A DNA stretch of 64,000 bases from Candidatus Sysuiplasma jiujiangense (GTDB taxonomy: Archaea; Thermoplasmatota; Thermoplasmata; Sysuiplasmatales; Sysuiplasmataceae): contig JAHEAD010000005.1 in the NCBI GenBank assembly GCA_019721075.1, positions 1 through 64,000 on the forward strand. Reading direction: 5' to 3'. A program made the translations under genes and the position numbers. Positions 9,123-19,237 of the stretch are shown one piece after another. The notes beneath the pieces are model-generated. The model saw only the letters and a list, made by a program, of their open reading frames with translations, had not been told where the DNA came from and did not search any database. How positions within the stretch are numbered: position 1 is the first letter of the stretch; every line of letters begins with the position of its first letter.

Positions 9123-10454
9123 ATGGAAAGAGATAATTTCGACGAGAGACATTACTCTGCTGCCCTTGCTGTAAATGGCGCAGAAGCGGTAAATGCGGCA
9201 ATTCTCGCATTCTCCGAATTAGGTTACAGACAGAATTTCGGCATTATAGCCGGCAGATCAGTCAACTTGGATTACGGGATCAGCGAAAATTATCTTCCTG
9301 TGAGAATCGTTCATCATTCAAGGCATTTGAATCGTTTTATCTCTGGGAGGGAAACACAGCTGCCGCTTCTTCATGCAGTTTCTCTGATGTCTGGCAGAAC
9401 AGAGCGCAAAGTGAAAGAGGCTAGAGGCGGATCACTCACAGATCGACAGCTGATTTTCGAGCTGGTCTCCTCACTTGAAAAGAATGAAACCGGCAGGGCA
9501 GAGGGTATCATCGTGGAATTAGTTTCAAGAGGTATGTTCGAGGAGCTGATGGGTGTCCTCCGGGATGAAGCTGTCAGGCGTTACTCTTATATGTTTCCCG
9601 CTTTTATTCTCTGGAATGCTGTCCGGTGCATCGTCAGCGATGTCCCGGCCTATGAAGGTGGTTCCGTGTCTTTGCTCCGATGCCTTTCCGCAAGCACTGT
9701 TTCAGACGAATACATTTCGGTCCGGAAGGCAATTGGAAGGAAGGAGCTGAAGCTGCATAATGTTCTGGAAAACAGCTACGTCCCCGATGAGAAAGTTGAT
9801 TGGAAAATAATCTCGGCCCTGAGAAGTGGAATTCCGGAACTTGCATTGAACATGCTTCTGGAAAAGATCTCCGACGGAATGAGTCAGAATCACATACTTT
9901 CTCTTGTCTTCAGGGAAATACTTGCTCAGTCACTAAATTCGGACAGAAAGGCGCTGTTCGAACACCTCATTCAGAATTGCTCTTCCATGATTGAGGTGAA
10001 TATTTCCGGGAACGACAGAAGTGAAATCTCAGTGTACGAACTGCTGCTGACTGCCTCACACCTTGCTCAGATTTCTGTCGCCCATCCACTACAGCGGCCC
10101 TCCTCAGAAGGAAATGATGGCCTCAATGATGCTCTTCTCGTCATAGAGAGTGCCTTATCCGAAAAGACAGGTTCAATCCTGCCGGCGAAGCACAACACAT
10201 TGTCGAACCAGGGGATAGCTGAATTTCTTGTCATGGCATCAATAAAGTGTGATCAGCTGAAAAACTTCAGTGAAGCCCTCTGCCACTGCTCATCTGTTCT
10301 GTCGGCCGGTGAAGTTCTCGGCGGCGGTAATGTTGCCAAATACGTCATCGACGAAAGCGCAGATTATCTTTCAAAACTGTTTTTGATCGGCGGCAGGTAC
10401 GCCACTTCGATATATGACAGATTCGGAAGTTTCAGTGAATCCGATTCTCATTAA
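9123..10454 (+). CDS. Hypothetical protein, probably largely alpha-helical
   Basis: 443-codon ORF filling the gap on the same strand as its neighbours. No recognised motif. Confidence 0.7.
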   Translation: MERDNFDERHYSAALAVNGAEAVNAAILAFSELGYRQNFGIIAGRSVNLDYGISENYLPVRIVHHSRHLNRFISGRETQLPLLHAVSLMSGRTERKVKEARGGSLTDRQLIFELVSSLEKNETGRAEGIIVELVSRGMFEELMGVLRDEAVRRYSYMFPAFILWNAVRCIVSDVPAYEGGSVSLLRCLSASTVSDEYISVRKAIGRKELKLHNVLENSYVPDEKVDWKIISALRSGIPELALNMLLEKISDGMSQNHILSLVFREILAQSLNSDRKALFEHLIQNCSSMIEVNISGNDRSEISVYELLLTASHLAQISVAHPLQRPSSEGNDGLNDALLVIESALSEKTGSILPAKHNTLSNQGIAEFLVMASIKCDQLKNFSEALCHCSSVLSAGEVLGGGNVAKYVIDESADYLSKLFLIGGRYATSIYDRFGSFSESDSH

Positions 10455-10619
10455 ACAGACTGACGGAGATCAGAATATTGCAATTGATATTGTAAAAACA
10501 CTCATAGAATTTCCGGAAGCATTCTATAATTCTGCGATTTTTTTCTGACATCAGCGTCGGCAAAATTTTGGTAAATTATATTTGTATGAATGTATATGTG
10601 GTAGACGGAGTGATTGTTT

Positions 10620-10676
10620 TTGCCAACTAAGAAAAAAGCAAAGACTGCAAAAAAGGCAAAGAAGGGAAAGAAATAG
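10620..10676 (+). CDS. Putative 18-aa lysine-rich basic micro-peptide (MPTKKKAKTAKKAKKGKK)
   Basis: TATA-like AAATTATATTT at 10573-10583, SD GGAGTGA at 10607-10613, TTG start, TAG stop, then a hairpin plus T-tracts. Confidence 0.6.
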   Translation: MPTKKKAKTAKKAKKGKK

Positions 10677-10695
10677 AAACCTGAGGATTCTGAAT

Positions 10696-10730
10696 GGGGG
10701 AAACGGTTTTCCCTTCTATTTTTCATTTTT
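10696..10730 (+). terminator. Hairpin followed by T-rich tracts after the micro-peptide gene
   Basis: GGGGGAAA-CGGT-TTTCCCTT followed by CTATTTTTCATTTTT. Confidence 0.5.
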
Positions 10731-10855
10731 GTCATTCAGGGTGAATTTTTTAAGAATCTTTTTTGTTTCCCATTGCCGGCTGCACTATTCAGCCAACTGC
10801 TGCCACAAGTGAATAACAATAAAGGTATCTATCTGTTAAGTGATCCTTATTTTCA

Positions 10856-12946
10856 ATGGCGGATACTGGTAATTCTGCAAACAGGCTTGTTAATGAGAGA
10901 AGTACATATCTCAGAGATGCGGCCATGCAGCCAGTTGACTGGTTTCCATGGTGTCATGAAGCATTTGAAAAGGCACACAGGGAAGGGAAACCAGTTCTGC
11001 TCGACATCGGCGCTTCATGGTGTCACTGGTGCCATGTTATGGATGAAGGAACTTATGAAGACAAACATATTGCGCAACTGATTAATGAAAAGTTTGTTGC
11101 TGTAAAGGTCGACAGGGATGAAAGACCAGACATTGACGGGCGTTACCAGAAGGCTGTAAATGCGATGACGGGCCAGGGAGGATGGCCCCTTACAGTCTTC
11201 CTTGATGATGAAGGAAGACCGTTTTACGGCGGAACATATTTCCCTCCCAAACAGTCAGGGCAGCTTCCCGGCCTGGACGAAGTGCTTGAAAAAGTCCATG
11301 ACTATTACTCCTCAAACAGAGACGATGCATCGGAGGTCGGAAAGAGGGTTTTGTCAGCCCTCAAAACAGAGAGAAAGGACAAATCTGAGGCAGTCAGGAC
11401 ATCCCTGCTTTCGGCAGCCTGCCTGCAGATGATTGCCGAATCGGATATGAAATACGGTGGATTCGGTTACTCGCCCAAATTCCCGCATACAGCCGCAATT
11501 GAATTCCTCATGGCTGCATTTCGCAGGGGTAATAATAATGCTCTTCCAGTAATAATAGCCACTCTGAACAAAATGCAGGAAGGAGGAATCTTCGATCAGT
11601 TGGGCGGAGGGTTTCACAGGTATTCCACGGACGAGAAATGGGTAGTCCCCCATTTTGAGAAGATGTCCTACGACAATGCATTTCTTCTGAAAAACTATGT
11701 TCACGGTTACCAGATTTTCAGGGACGAGGAATACAGAAAAACTGCGGACCTCATCATTAACTTCGTCATGACTAAACTGAAGTCAGAAGCCGGATTCTAT
11801 TCGACCCAGGACGCCGATGCGATTCCGGGGGATGACGGCGATTACTGGACGTGGTCTCCCTCAGAACTATCTTCTGTGCTTAGCGGAAAGGAAAGGGAGG
11901 TAGCATCCTTCGTCTATCATATTCGGGGAGAGGCGGAAATGCATGGCAGGAGTGACAGGCATGTACTCTACAGGGCGATGACTGTGCCTCAGGCAGCCGA
12001 ACGTCTCTCCCTGACAAGGACTGAGGCGGAACAAATGCTGAATACTGCAAGAGACAAAATGCTTCTCGCAAGACAAAAAAGACCTTCCCCGCGCGTAGAC
12101 AGAACCGTCTTTTCCAACTGGACCGGCATGGTCATTTCTTCGGTCTATGAGTATGCACGTGCATTCAATCTTGACAATGACGCAGATTTCTGCAGGAAGG
12201 CAATAGAATATTCTATTGCGCATTCATTCGATGAGGAAACCGGATTCCTGCATGTAGTAGATTCTTCAAGGAAAGTTACAGGTATGCTTGAGGATCAGGT
12301 GCAGATGGGTCTGTCCCTGATAGATGCCTTTTGCTATCATGGAAATGAAATTTTTCTGAGGACTGCGGTTTCAGTTGCAAAGATACTGTCCAGCAGGTAC
12401 GCGCTGTCCTCCGGGCTTCTTTCAGATACAGACAGATATCTTGCAACGCCTGATTTCAACGAACTATCCTCGATTGAGAACATACAGCTGTACGATTCAC
12501 CTAATCCTTCCCCGAATGCCTCTGCTGCAATATTTTTTCAAAGGCTCGAAGCCGTCACGGGTGAACATTCGTATCTCGACAGTTCGCAACGTATTTTGAA
12601 CGCTGCGTCACATTTTTGCTCTGAGAGCGGCTCTTTTGCAGGTTCATATTTTCAGGCTCTGGACAGCCATATGAATGGTATGGCATCACTGGTTATAGTC
12701 GGATCAGAGGGAGAGCGGAATTTCGAAGAACTGAAAGCCGCCTCCTCGCAAATCTATCTTCCTGCAAAGGAGACAATATTTGTCGACCTTTCCGGTGGCT
12801 GCAGGAAACTCTATTCCGAAACAATAAAAGGCATGATTGAAAGGGCCGAAAAAGGGAAAAAGGCATTTGCATTCCTGTGCAGGGGAACAACATGTTCTTC
12901 TCCTTCAGGTTCTGCGGACGAACTGATTAAAACAGTGGGAGTCTGA
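10856..12946 (+). CDS. Thioredoxin-domain protein, YyaL/SSP411 family
   Basis: [45 protein letters not shown] and PHFEKM.YDNA motifs. Confidence 0.93.
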   Translation: MADTGNSANRLVNERSTYLRDAAMQPVDWFPWCHEAFEKAHREGKPVLLDIGASWCHWCHVMDEGTYEDKHIAQLINEKFVAVKVDRDERPDIDGRYQKAVNAMTGQGGWPLTVFLDDEGRPFYGGTYFPPKQSGQLPGLDEVLEKVHDYYSSNRDDASEVGKRVLSALKTERKDKSEAVRTSLLSAACLQMIAESDMKYGGFGYSPKFPHTAAIEFLMAAFRRGNNNALPVIIATLNKMQEGGIFDQLGGGFHRYSTDEKWVVPHFEKMSYDNAFLLKNYVHGYQIFRDEEYRKTADLIINFVMTKLKSEAGFYSTQDADAIPGDDGDYWTWSPSELSSVLSGKEREVASFVYHIRGEAEMHGRSDRHVLYRAMTVPQAAERLSLTRTEAEQMLNTARDKMLLARQKRPSPRVDRTVFSNWTGMVISSVYEYARAFNLDNDADFCRKAIEYSIAHSFDEETGFLHVVDSSRKVTGMLEDQVQMGLSLIDAFCYHGNEIFLRTAVSVAKILSSRYALSSGLLSDTDRYLATPDFNELSSIENIQLYDSPNPSPNASAAIFFQRLEAVTGEHSYLDSSQRILNAASHFCSESGSFAGSYFQALDSHMNGMASLVIVGSEGERNFEELKAASSQIYLPAKETIFVDLSGGCRKLYSETIKGMIERAEKGKKAFAFLCRGTTCSSPSGSADELIKTVGV

Positions 12947-13053
12947 TTTCCGGAATTACGTCTGAAGGGGAGTGTAAAGCTTGTGAAGAATTGACTACAT
13001 TATGCCTTATTTCACATTATCATCAGGACTCTCTGCATTTACCGGAAATGGCG

Positions 13054-13218
13054 TTACTCATCCGGTGAAGGCTCGCACAATTTCCCTTTCTCCCATTTCA
13101 ATCCCCTGCCTTCGGAACAATCACGGCACAGTATGACATATCCCCTGGGATTCATGAGGTCGCTGAATCTCTTTAGATCAATAAGCTCGACAGGCATCTG
13201 GCAATCTTCACACTGCAT
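13054..13218 (-). CDS. Small CxxC...CxxC zinc-finger protein
   Basis: MQCEDC...LCRDC, with a GGAGTGG SD-like motif upstream of ATG 13218. Confidence 0.6.
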   Translation of the reverse strand: MQCEDCQMPVELIDLKRFSDLMNPRGYVILCRDCSEGRGLKWEKGKLCEPSPDE

Positions 13219-13318
13219 TTGACTTCCACTCCACATTACGTCCGACTTCTAATTAACTTTGCCGTAATTCGCGCAGGAGCTTCTGCCAAAAGCTTCTGGA
13301 GGCGGCCCGTCTTTTGTT

Positions 13319-14263
13319 TCAACGTTCTCTTCTTCCAGATCTTCCCCGCCTGGATGCTATTGCGTATACGGAAAAAAGTGAAACCGCGATTATTACAGTC
13401 GCTATTGCCGCTTCTTCGAAGGGCTGGCCAGGCGGCGACACCGCGTAAATGGTGTTTCCTATTGCATAGCCTCTTCCTTTAAACACTATCATCGCTGACG
13501 GATCCTCCCGTAGCGACATGGTGTAGTTGCCTGTTGCATTTCCGGAAATGAAAGGTATCCTGAACACCGTTTCGTTCAGGGCACTGGCCTGGTAAGAATA
13601 GACTGTCTGTTTTACGGTAGCAGAGTAAGTCCTTGTCCAGTTTGCGAGAGGAATTGAAAATTCTCCAAAATTCAGTATGTTCACTCTCTTCAGATACGGA
13701 ACGCTGCTGTTCAGTACCGAAAGCTCGGTGATGTTTTCAAGATAGCTTGCAGGACTGTTCAGATTGATTTCATTTCCGCTGCTGCCTATCGAATTGAGCG
13801 TACCGCTGAAATTGAAACTCTTCCAGGTCATGTTGTATGCCCCCGCGGTGCCGTTCGGCAGCCACCTCAGAGACATGTTGAGCCTCGTTATTGCAACTAG
13901 CCCGATGCCGGATGCTGTCTGAGTGACAGTCAAATTCATGCTGCTGTCCAGGTAGAAAACCTGAATTGAGTCGTTGAAATCCGAAATCGTCTGATTGATT
14001 TTTTCTTCATCCTTCAGGCCTAGGGGCGTGGTTGTGTTTACGGACGCGCCAGATGAGAAACCGCCGGTTCCAATTTTTGTGTAATTGGTGAAATTTCCGC
14101 CGGTAATATTTATGTATGTTGCGATCTCCGAATTCCAGTAGGCGACCCCGTTTGAAGGATTGAGGTAGATATGCAGGCTTGAGCCTGCTGCAGGAGGAAA
14201 CACCTGAACAAGGATAAACAGCGATAGCAAAACAGTCAAGACCGATATTGCCTGCGATTTCAC
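13319..14263 (-). CDS. Secreted, membrane-anchored surface glycoprotein
   Basis: Signal peptide, Asn/Ser/Thr-rich body with about 17 N-x-S/T sequons, C-terminal TM helix and an Arg-rich tail. Confidence 0.75.
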   Translation of the reverse strand: MKSQAISVLTVLLSLFILVQVFPPAAGSSLHIYLNPSNGVAYWNSEIATYINITGGNFTNYTKIGTGGFSSGASVNTTTPLGLKDEEKINQTISDFNDSIQVFYLDSSMNLTVTQTASGIGLVAITRLNMSLRWLPNGTAGAYNMTWKSFNFSGTLNSIGSSGNEINLNSPASYLENITELSVLNSSVPYLKRVNILNFGEFSIPLANWTRTYSATVKQTVYSYQASALNETVFRIPFISGNATGNYTMSLREDPSAMIVFKGRGYAIGNTIYAVSPPGQPFEEAAIATVIIAVSLFSVYAIASRRGRSGRRER

Positions 14264-14338
14264 AGTGTTCCAGCAACTGTTTTTACTATAATTTTATTGC
14301 TGATCGCTTTAGACAGTACCCGCGCCGGATAGCAGTTA

Positions 14339-14617
14339 TCAGCCGCCGGACACCGCCGGAACTATGTCGACAACTGAACTTTTACTGAGTTCTGTTTTCT
14401 GTCCGTTGAGAAATCTTATATCCTTCCCGTCCACGTATACATTGATATACCTGCGTATCCGGTCCCCGTCCTCGTATGTCCTTCGTCTGAATTCTTCTCC
14501 AAAAATAGAAGCAAGTCTGGAAAAAAGGGCATCTATGCTGCCCTCAAACTCAATTTCAATTTCCCTGTTTCCCTTTGTTATTGACTGCAGTGCAGATGAG
14601 AAGTGCACAGTAACCAT
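14339..14617 (-). CDS. MoaD/ThiS/SAMP-family ubiquitin-like sulfur carrier
   Basis: RRYINVYVDG.DIRFL and C-terminal PAVSGG. Start overlaps the thrC-like stop. Confidence 0.9.
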   Translation of the reverse strand: MVTVHFSSALQSITKGNREIEIEFEGSIDALFSRLASIFGEEFRRRTYEDGDRIRRYINVYVDGKDIRFLNGQKTELSKSSVVDIVPAVSGG

Positions 14618-15906
14618 CAGTTCAAACCTCCGATGCCCTTTTCAAAAATTTTTTCGACCTCTTCAGTATTATTTCCCACCTTATATGTGCGTCCCATTGA
14701 TTTGGCATCCAGATGCCTTTGAGATTTAAGGCCGTTTCCTGTGATGAGGCATACGATTGTCTCGTCTCTTCCTATTGTCCCGTCCTCCAGCTTCCTGCGC
14801 AGGGAGGCAATGACGCATCCTCCTGCAGGTTCGGTGAATACGCCTTCATGACGGGCAAGGAGCATCTGCCCCTCAAAAATCTCTCTGTCATCCGGCGCAT
14901 CAGCGAAACCTGCGGATTTCCTGATTATGGACAGGGCCTCATAACCCGAGGCAGGATCACCTATTGCCAGCGACTCGGCCACTGTTTCCGGTCTCTCAAC
15001 AGGATGTATCATGCCATCCGTTCCGGAGTAGGCATCAGAAATCGGAGAGCATCCATACGGCTGCGTGCCTGAAATCATTACTTCTGCAGAATCATCTATG
15101 AGACCTGTTTCAGCAAACTCATTTAATCCCTTGCTCACAGCAGTCAGCAGCGCCCCCGAACCCATGGGTACAATTACCCTGTCAGGCAGTGCCCACCCAA
15201 GCTGCTCTACCGTTTCCATCGCTATTGTTTTGGATCCCTCCACATAATACGGCCTGAGATTTATGTTGACGAACCCTATCCTGTATCTGTCGGCGATCAG
15301 GTTTGAAATCCTGTTTGCTTCATCATATGTTCCGTCAACCTCAATCAGATTTGCACCATATGCCAGCGCCGGCAATATCTTCCCTCTGTCCGTGCTGGAC
15401 GGAACGAGCACATATGACGGGATACCGTATTTTGCCGATGCTGCAGCTACAGCTCCCGCAAGGTTTCCCGTGGATGCGCAGCCCGAACCCGCGAGACCGA
15501 ACTCAACGATCTTTGTTATGGACACCGCAACGGGTCTGTCCTTAAAGGAATAAGTCGGATTCACAGTATCGTCCTTGACGAGAATCCTTCTGGCCCCCAG
15601 CATCCTGGCGAGATTCCTGCACTCTCTCAAGGGAGTCATTCCGGGATTGAGTCCGTCTGCTCCGACAACCGGATCAGCAGGTAGAAGAGGCCAATATCGC
15701 CACATGCTGCCCGGCTGCGATCGGATATAATCCCTGTCAAGAAATTCCCTGACTTCCTCGGTTCGGTATTTTACCTCCAGGGAATGGAAGCATTCATCAC
15801 ATGCATTCCTCAGGCCCACCGGAAACTTTTTTCCGCATCCCTTGCACTCAAAGCCATCTATGTAGCTTCCGCGCTGATTGCCTCCTCTGCTGGTATATAG
15901 CGTCAT
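14617..15906 (-). CDS. thrC: Threonine synthase-family PLP enzyme
   Basis: N-terminal Zn ribbon (CKGC...CDEC), NPTYSFKDR (PLP Lys), ASTGN, EGSKT, PMGSG, EPAG and TGNGLK. ATG 15906 preferred. Confidence 0.8.
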   Translation of the reverse strand: MTLYTSRGGNQRGSYIDGFECKGCGKKFPVGLRNACDECFHSLEVKYRTEEVREFLDRDYIRSQPGSMWRYWPLLPADPVVGADGLNPGMTPLRECRNLARMLGARRILVKDDTVNPTYSFKDRPVAVSITKIVEFGLAGSGCASTGNLAGAVAAASAKYGIPSYVLVPSSTDRGKILPALAYGANLIEVDGTYDEANRISNLIADRYRIGFVNINLRPYYVEGSKTIAMETVEQLGWALPDRVIVPMGSGALLTAVSKGLNEFAETGLIDDSAEVMISGTQPYGCSPISDAYSGTDGMIHPVERPETVAESLAIGDPASGYEALSIIRKSAGFADAPDDREIFEGQMLLARHEGVFTEPAGGCVIASLRRKLEDGTIGRDETIVCLITGNGLKSQRHLDAKSMGRTYKVGNNTEEVEKIFEKGIGGLN

Positions 15907-16093
15907 TTTGCAGACCATTATCGAACTTCGATATAGCATTGGTTGATATAAAAATTCTAAAAGGAATTTTACTTTTGCCTGCGCCATATATCGCTGTTTG
16001 CACCGGATATGCATGAGACGGCGGTTGAAACAGCAGGATTGTAGCTCGCACTATTCCGATACGAATTAATATTGGAGAACAATCGGTAACCAT

Positions 16094-16657
16094 ATGTCCT
16101 TTCCGAGGATTGAAGACATTAAGAAGATCAGAAAGCAGCTGGACATGACTCAGAGCCAGCTTGCAAGAGCGGCCAATGTGAGCCAGTCGACGATAGCAAA
16201 GCTGGAAAGGAACAGCATATCTGCAAGTTACGATATTGTAACCAGGGTTTTCAATACACTTGAATCCGAGGGACGGAGCAGAAAGCTCAGAAAGACTGCC
16301 AAGGATGTTCTTCACCCCTCTGTGGTGAGCGTCAATAATTTCGCAACGCTTGCCGAGGTTTCGGAACTCCTCAAAAGAAAGGGCTATTCACAGTTGCCGG
16401 TAATGAGCGGTGAACGGGTGATGGGCAGCATATCCGAAGAGGCAATACTTGACAAGCTCAGGGACGGCATAAGCATTGAGGAGCTCGCAGGGATCAGGGT
16501 CGAGGAAGTGATGAATGAAGCATACCCTGTTATATCTGAAGAAACACCTGTTGAAGCAGTCGCCTCCCTCCTCACACACAGCACTGCGGTTCTGGTTCAG
16601 CGAAGGGGCAGGATCTCAGGCATTATCACGAAGTCAGATCTTCTCAAGCTCATCTGA
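16094..16657 (+). CDS. Xre-HTH plus tandem CBS domain transcriptional regulator
   Basis: RKQLDMTQSQLARAANVSQSTIAKLE HTH; YSQLPV and GIITKSDL CBS motifs. Confidence 0.9.
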   Translation: MSFPRIEDIKKIRKQLDMTQSQLARAANVSQSTIAKLERNSISASYDIVTRVFNTLESEGRSRKLRKTAKDVLHPSVVSVNNFATLAEVSELLKRKGYSQLPVMSGERVMGSISEEAILDKLRDGISIEELAGIRVEEVMNEAYPVISEETPVEAVASLLTHSTAVLVQRRGRISGIITKSDLLKLI

Positions 16658-16718
16658 AGAGGGAGGAAAAGTGTTTTGGTGAAAATGTTTGAGTTAACGA
16701 TCTAACCGCCGCAAAAAT

Positions 16719-17972
16719 TCAGGGCCAGAGTCCTCTTGCCCTGTGGGCGTCCACGACCTTCTTTACCGCATAGACATACGCTGCTGTCCTCATGTCTATG
16801 TTTTCCTTCTTTGATATCGGTAGGATATCATTGTATGCCGACGTCATAACCCTTTCGAGTTTCTGATTGACCTCTTCCAGCGACCAGAAGAAGCTCTGTA
16901 TATCCTGAACCCACTCAAAGTAGCTCACTGTGACGCCTCCTGCATTTGCAAGCACATCCGGTATCAGAAATACACCATTCTTGAAAAGTATCTCATCGGC
17001 CTTTGGTGTTGTGGGTCCATTCGCCTCTTCGACAACCATTTTTGCCTTGATCTTGGATGCATTCTTTTCCGTTATCTGATTTTCAAGAGCAGCTGGAACG
17101 AGTATGTCCGTATCCAGCATGAGAAGCTCATCGTTTGAAATGTTCCTTGTTCCGGGGAAATTTACAACCGAACCTGTTTTCGCCTTATGTTGTTCAAGCT
17201 TGGGAATATCAATGCCCTCTTTGCTGTATATGGCGCCTCTGCTGTCGCTTGTTGCAATGATCTTTGCCCCCAGATCACTGTGGAAAAGTCTGGCACCTAT
17301 CGAGCCGGCATTTCCGAATCCCTGAACCGCTACCGTTGCCTTTTTTGTGTCTATTCCCGCGGTTTTTGCGGCAGCCCTTGCAACATACATCGCGCCCCTG
17401 GCGGTTGCTTCCCCCCTTCCCTCGGATCCTCCAATGCTCAGTGGTTTTCCTGTGACCACTCCGGGCACTGAGTAGCCCTTTATCATGCTAAATGTGTCCA
17501 TCATCCATGCCATCGTCTGGGAATCTGTGTAAACATCCGGAGCAGGAATGTCCTTCTCAGGTCCTATTATTATGCTTATTTCCGATGTGTATCTTCTTGT
17601 CAGTCTTTCAAGCTCATTCCTGCTCAATTGCTTCGGATCAACGACAACACCACCTTTTGCGCCTCCGTAGGGCAGATTTACGACAGATGTCTTCCATGTC
17701 ATCCATGCGGCCAATGCCCGTACCTCGTTCAGGGTTACATTGGGATGGAACCTGACTCCACCCTTGCAGGGTCCCCTTGAATAGTTATACTGAACACGGT
17801 ACCCGGTAAAGACTCTGACCGAATCATCGTCCATTCTTACCGGGAAATTGACTGTCAGCTCCCTCTTGGGGTGTGTCAGTATTTCTACCATTCCGTTGTC
17901 GAGGTTGAGTATCTTAGCAGCCTTCTTAATCTGCTCAACAGCAATCCCAAATTGATCTAGTTGTTCTGCCAT
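16719..17972 (-). CDS. gdhA: Glutamate dehydrogenase
   Basis: GPCKGGVRFHP, MTWK, GGAKGG, DIPAPDV, QGFGNAG and ANAGGVTVSYFEW. SD AGGTG precedes ATG 17972. Confidence 0.95.
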   Translation of the reverse strand: MAEQLDQFGIAVEQIKKAAKILNLDNGMVEILTHPKRELTVNFPVRMDDDSVRVFTGYRVQYNYSRGPCKGGVRFHPNVTLNEVRALAAWMTWKTSVVNLPYGGAKGGVVVDPKQLSRNELERLTRRYTSEISIIIGPEKDIPAPDVYTDSQTMAWMMDTFSMIKGYSVPGVVTGKPLSIGGSEGRGEATARGAMYVARAAAKTAGIDTKKATVAVQGFGNAGSIGARLFHSDLGAKIIATSDSRGAIYSKEGIDIPKLEQHKAKTGSVVNFPGTRNISNDELLMLDTDILVPAALENQITEKNASKIKAKMVVEEANGPTTPKADEILFKNGVFLIPDVLANAGGVTVSYFEWVQDIQSFFWSLEEVNQKLERVMTSAYNDILPISKKENIDMRTAAYVYAVKKVVDAHRARGLWP

Positions 17973-18294
17973 TTTATTGCACCTGATTGATTTTCCCTGC
18001 ACTATTTATGTCCCTATAGCGCAGGTGTATTGAAGCTAGTATGCCCGTATATTTTAATACTGCCGATGTGAAAATTAGGCATGGCGGTAAAGTGCAGAAT
18101 TGTGAATACCGTTCACGTTAAGCCAGGAAGAATTAATCCGGGCGCCGACTCCATTCAGAAGACGCATTCCGGGTACGATAACTGCAATGGAAGCGATTTA
18201 TGGTGCACATACGGATATAATGCCTGCAGCCTTAACCTAATTTCCTTCGGAAATAGGTTGAAATACAGGTTCGCGGTAAACGCGATCGGGAGGT

Positions 18295-19227
18295 ATGGCA
18301 AATATGGGACCCCGGACCGGTGTCATTGCGTTGTTTGCTGCGCTTACCCTGCTGTTTTTGTTAATAGGATCAGCTGTAGGTTATATGTTCTACGGTGATC
18401 CGTTGCTTGGTGCGCTAATATTTCTCGTGCTTTCGGCGGCAATCAATATTTTTACATATTTCTTTTCAACAGCGTTCGTCCTCCGGAGCAACAGGGCAGT
18501 GATGGTTAACGAATCCCAGGCGCCACGTCTTTTTGCCGCTATAAGGCAGGTCTCACAGACATATAATCTGCCAATGCCGAGGGTTGCCATTTCGGACTAT
18601 CCAACGCCAAATGCGTTTGCAACCGGAAGGAACCATTCAAACGCAGTTGTATGTGCTACATCCGGTCTTCTCAACATTCTGGATGACAGGGAGCTCAGGG
18701 GTGTTATGGCTCATGAACTGGCTCACATAAAGGATCGTGACATACTTGTAATGAGCATTGCAGCTACGATAGCCGGAGCCATATCCTGGGCAGCCAATTC
18801 CCTCTTTTTTGCTGCGTTATTCGGGGGGCGCCGCAATCAGACCGGTATTTTAGGACTCCTGGTTATGATGGTTACAGTCCCAATAGCAGCGGCGATTCTC
18901 CAGCTGGCAATCTCCAGGAGACGGGAGACTGAGGCCGATGTGGTTGGTGCAAGGACCATTGGAGATCCGCTTTCCCTTGCTTCAGCACTAAAGAAGCTGG
19001 AATATGCAAACACCACTGCGCCTCTGCATGTCAGTCCTTCTTCTTCATCACTTTACATTGTTGGCGCCGGTCGCGCCCGCAGTCTGATGGCAAGGCTAAT
19101 GTCAACACACCCTCCCCTGGAGCAGAGGATAGCAAGGCTCCAGAAACTGGCTTATGACATGGGTTACTGGTCACCTTCTGCACAGGGACCTGCTTACAGT
19201 GGCAAACTACAGAAAATGAGGTTCTGA
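18295..19227 (+). CDS. htpX: M48 zinc metalloprotease HtpX
   Basis: PNAFATGR, HELAH, SRRRE.EAD and STHPP..RI motifs. Confidence 0.93.
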   Translation: MANMGPRTGVIALFAALTLLFLLIGSAVGYMFYGDPLLGALIFLVLSAAINIFTYFFSTAFVLRSNRAVMVNESQAPRLFAAIRQVSQTYNLPMPRVAISDYPTPNAFATGRNHSNAVVCATSGLLNILDDRELRGVMAHELAHIKDRDILVMSIAATIAGAISWAANSLFFAALFGGRRNQTGILGLLVMMVTVPIAAAILQLAISRRRETEADVVGARTIGDPLSLASALKKLEYANTTAPLHVSPSSSSLYIVGAGRARSLMARLMSTHPPLEQRIARLQKLAYDMGYWSPSAQGPAYSGKLQKMRF

Positions 19228-19237
19228 GGTACTAACC

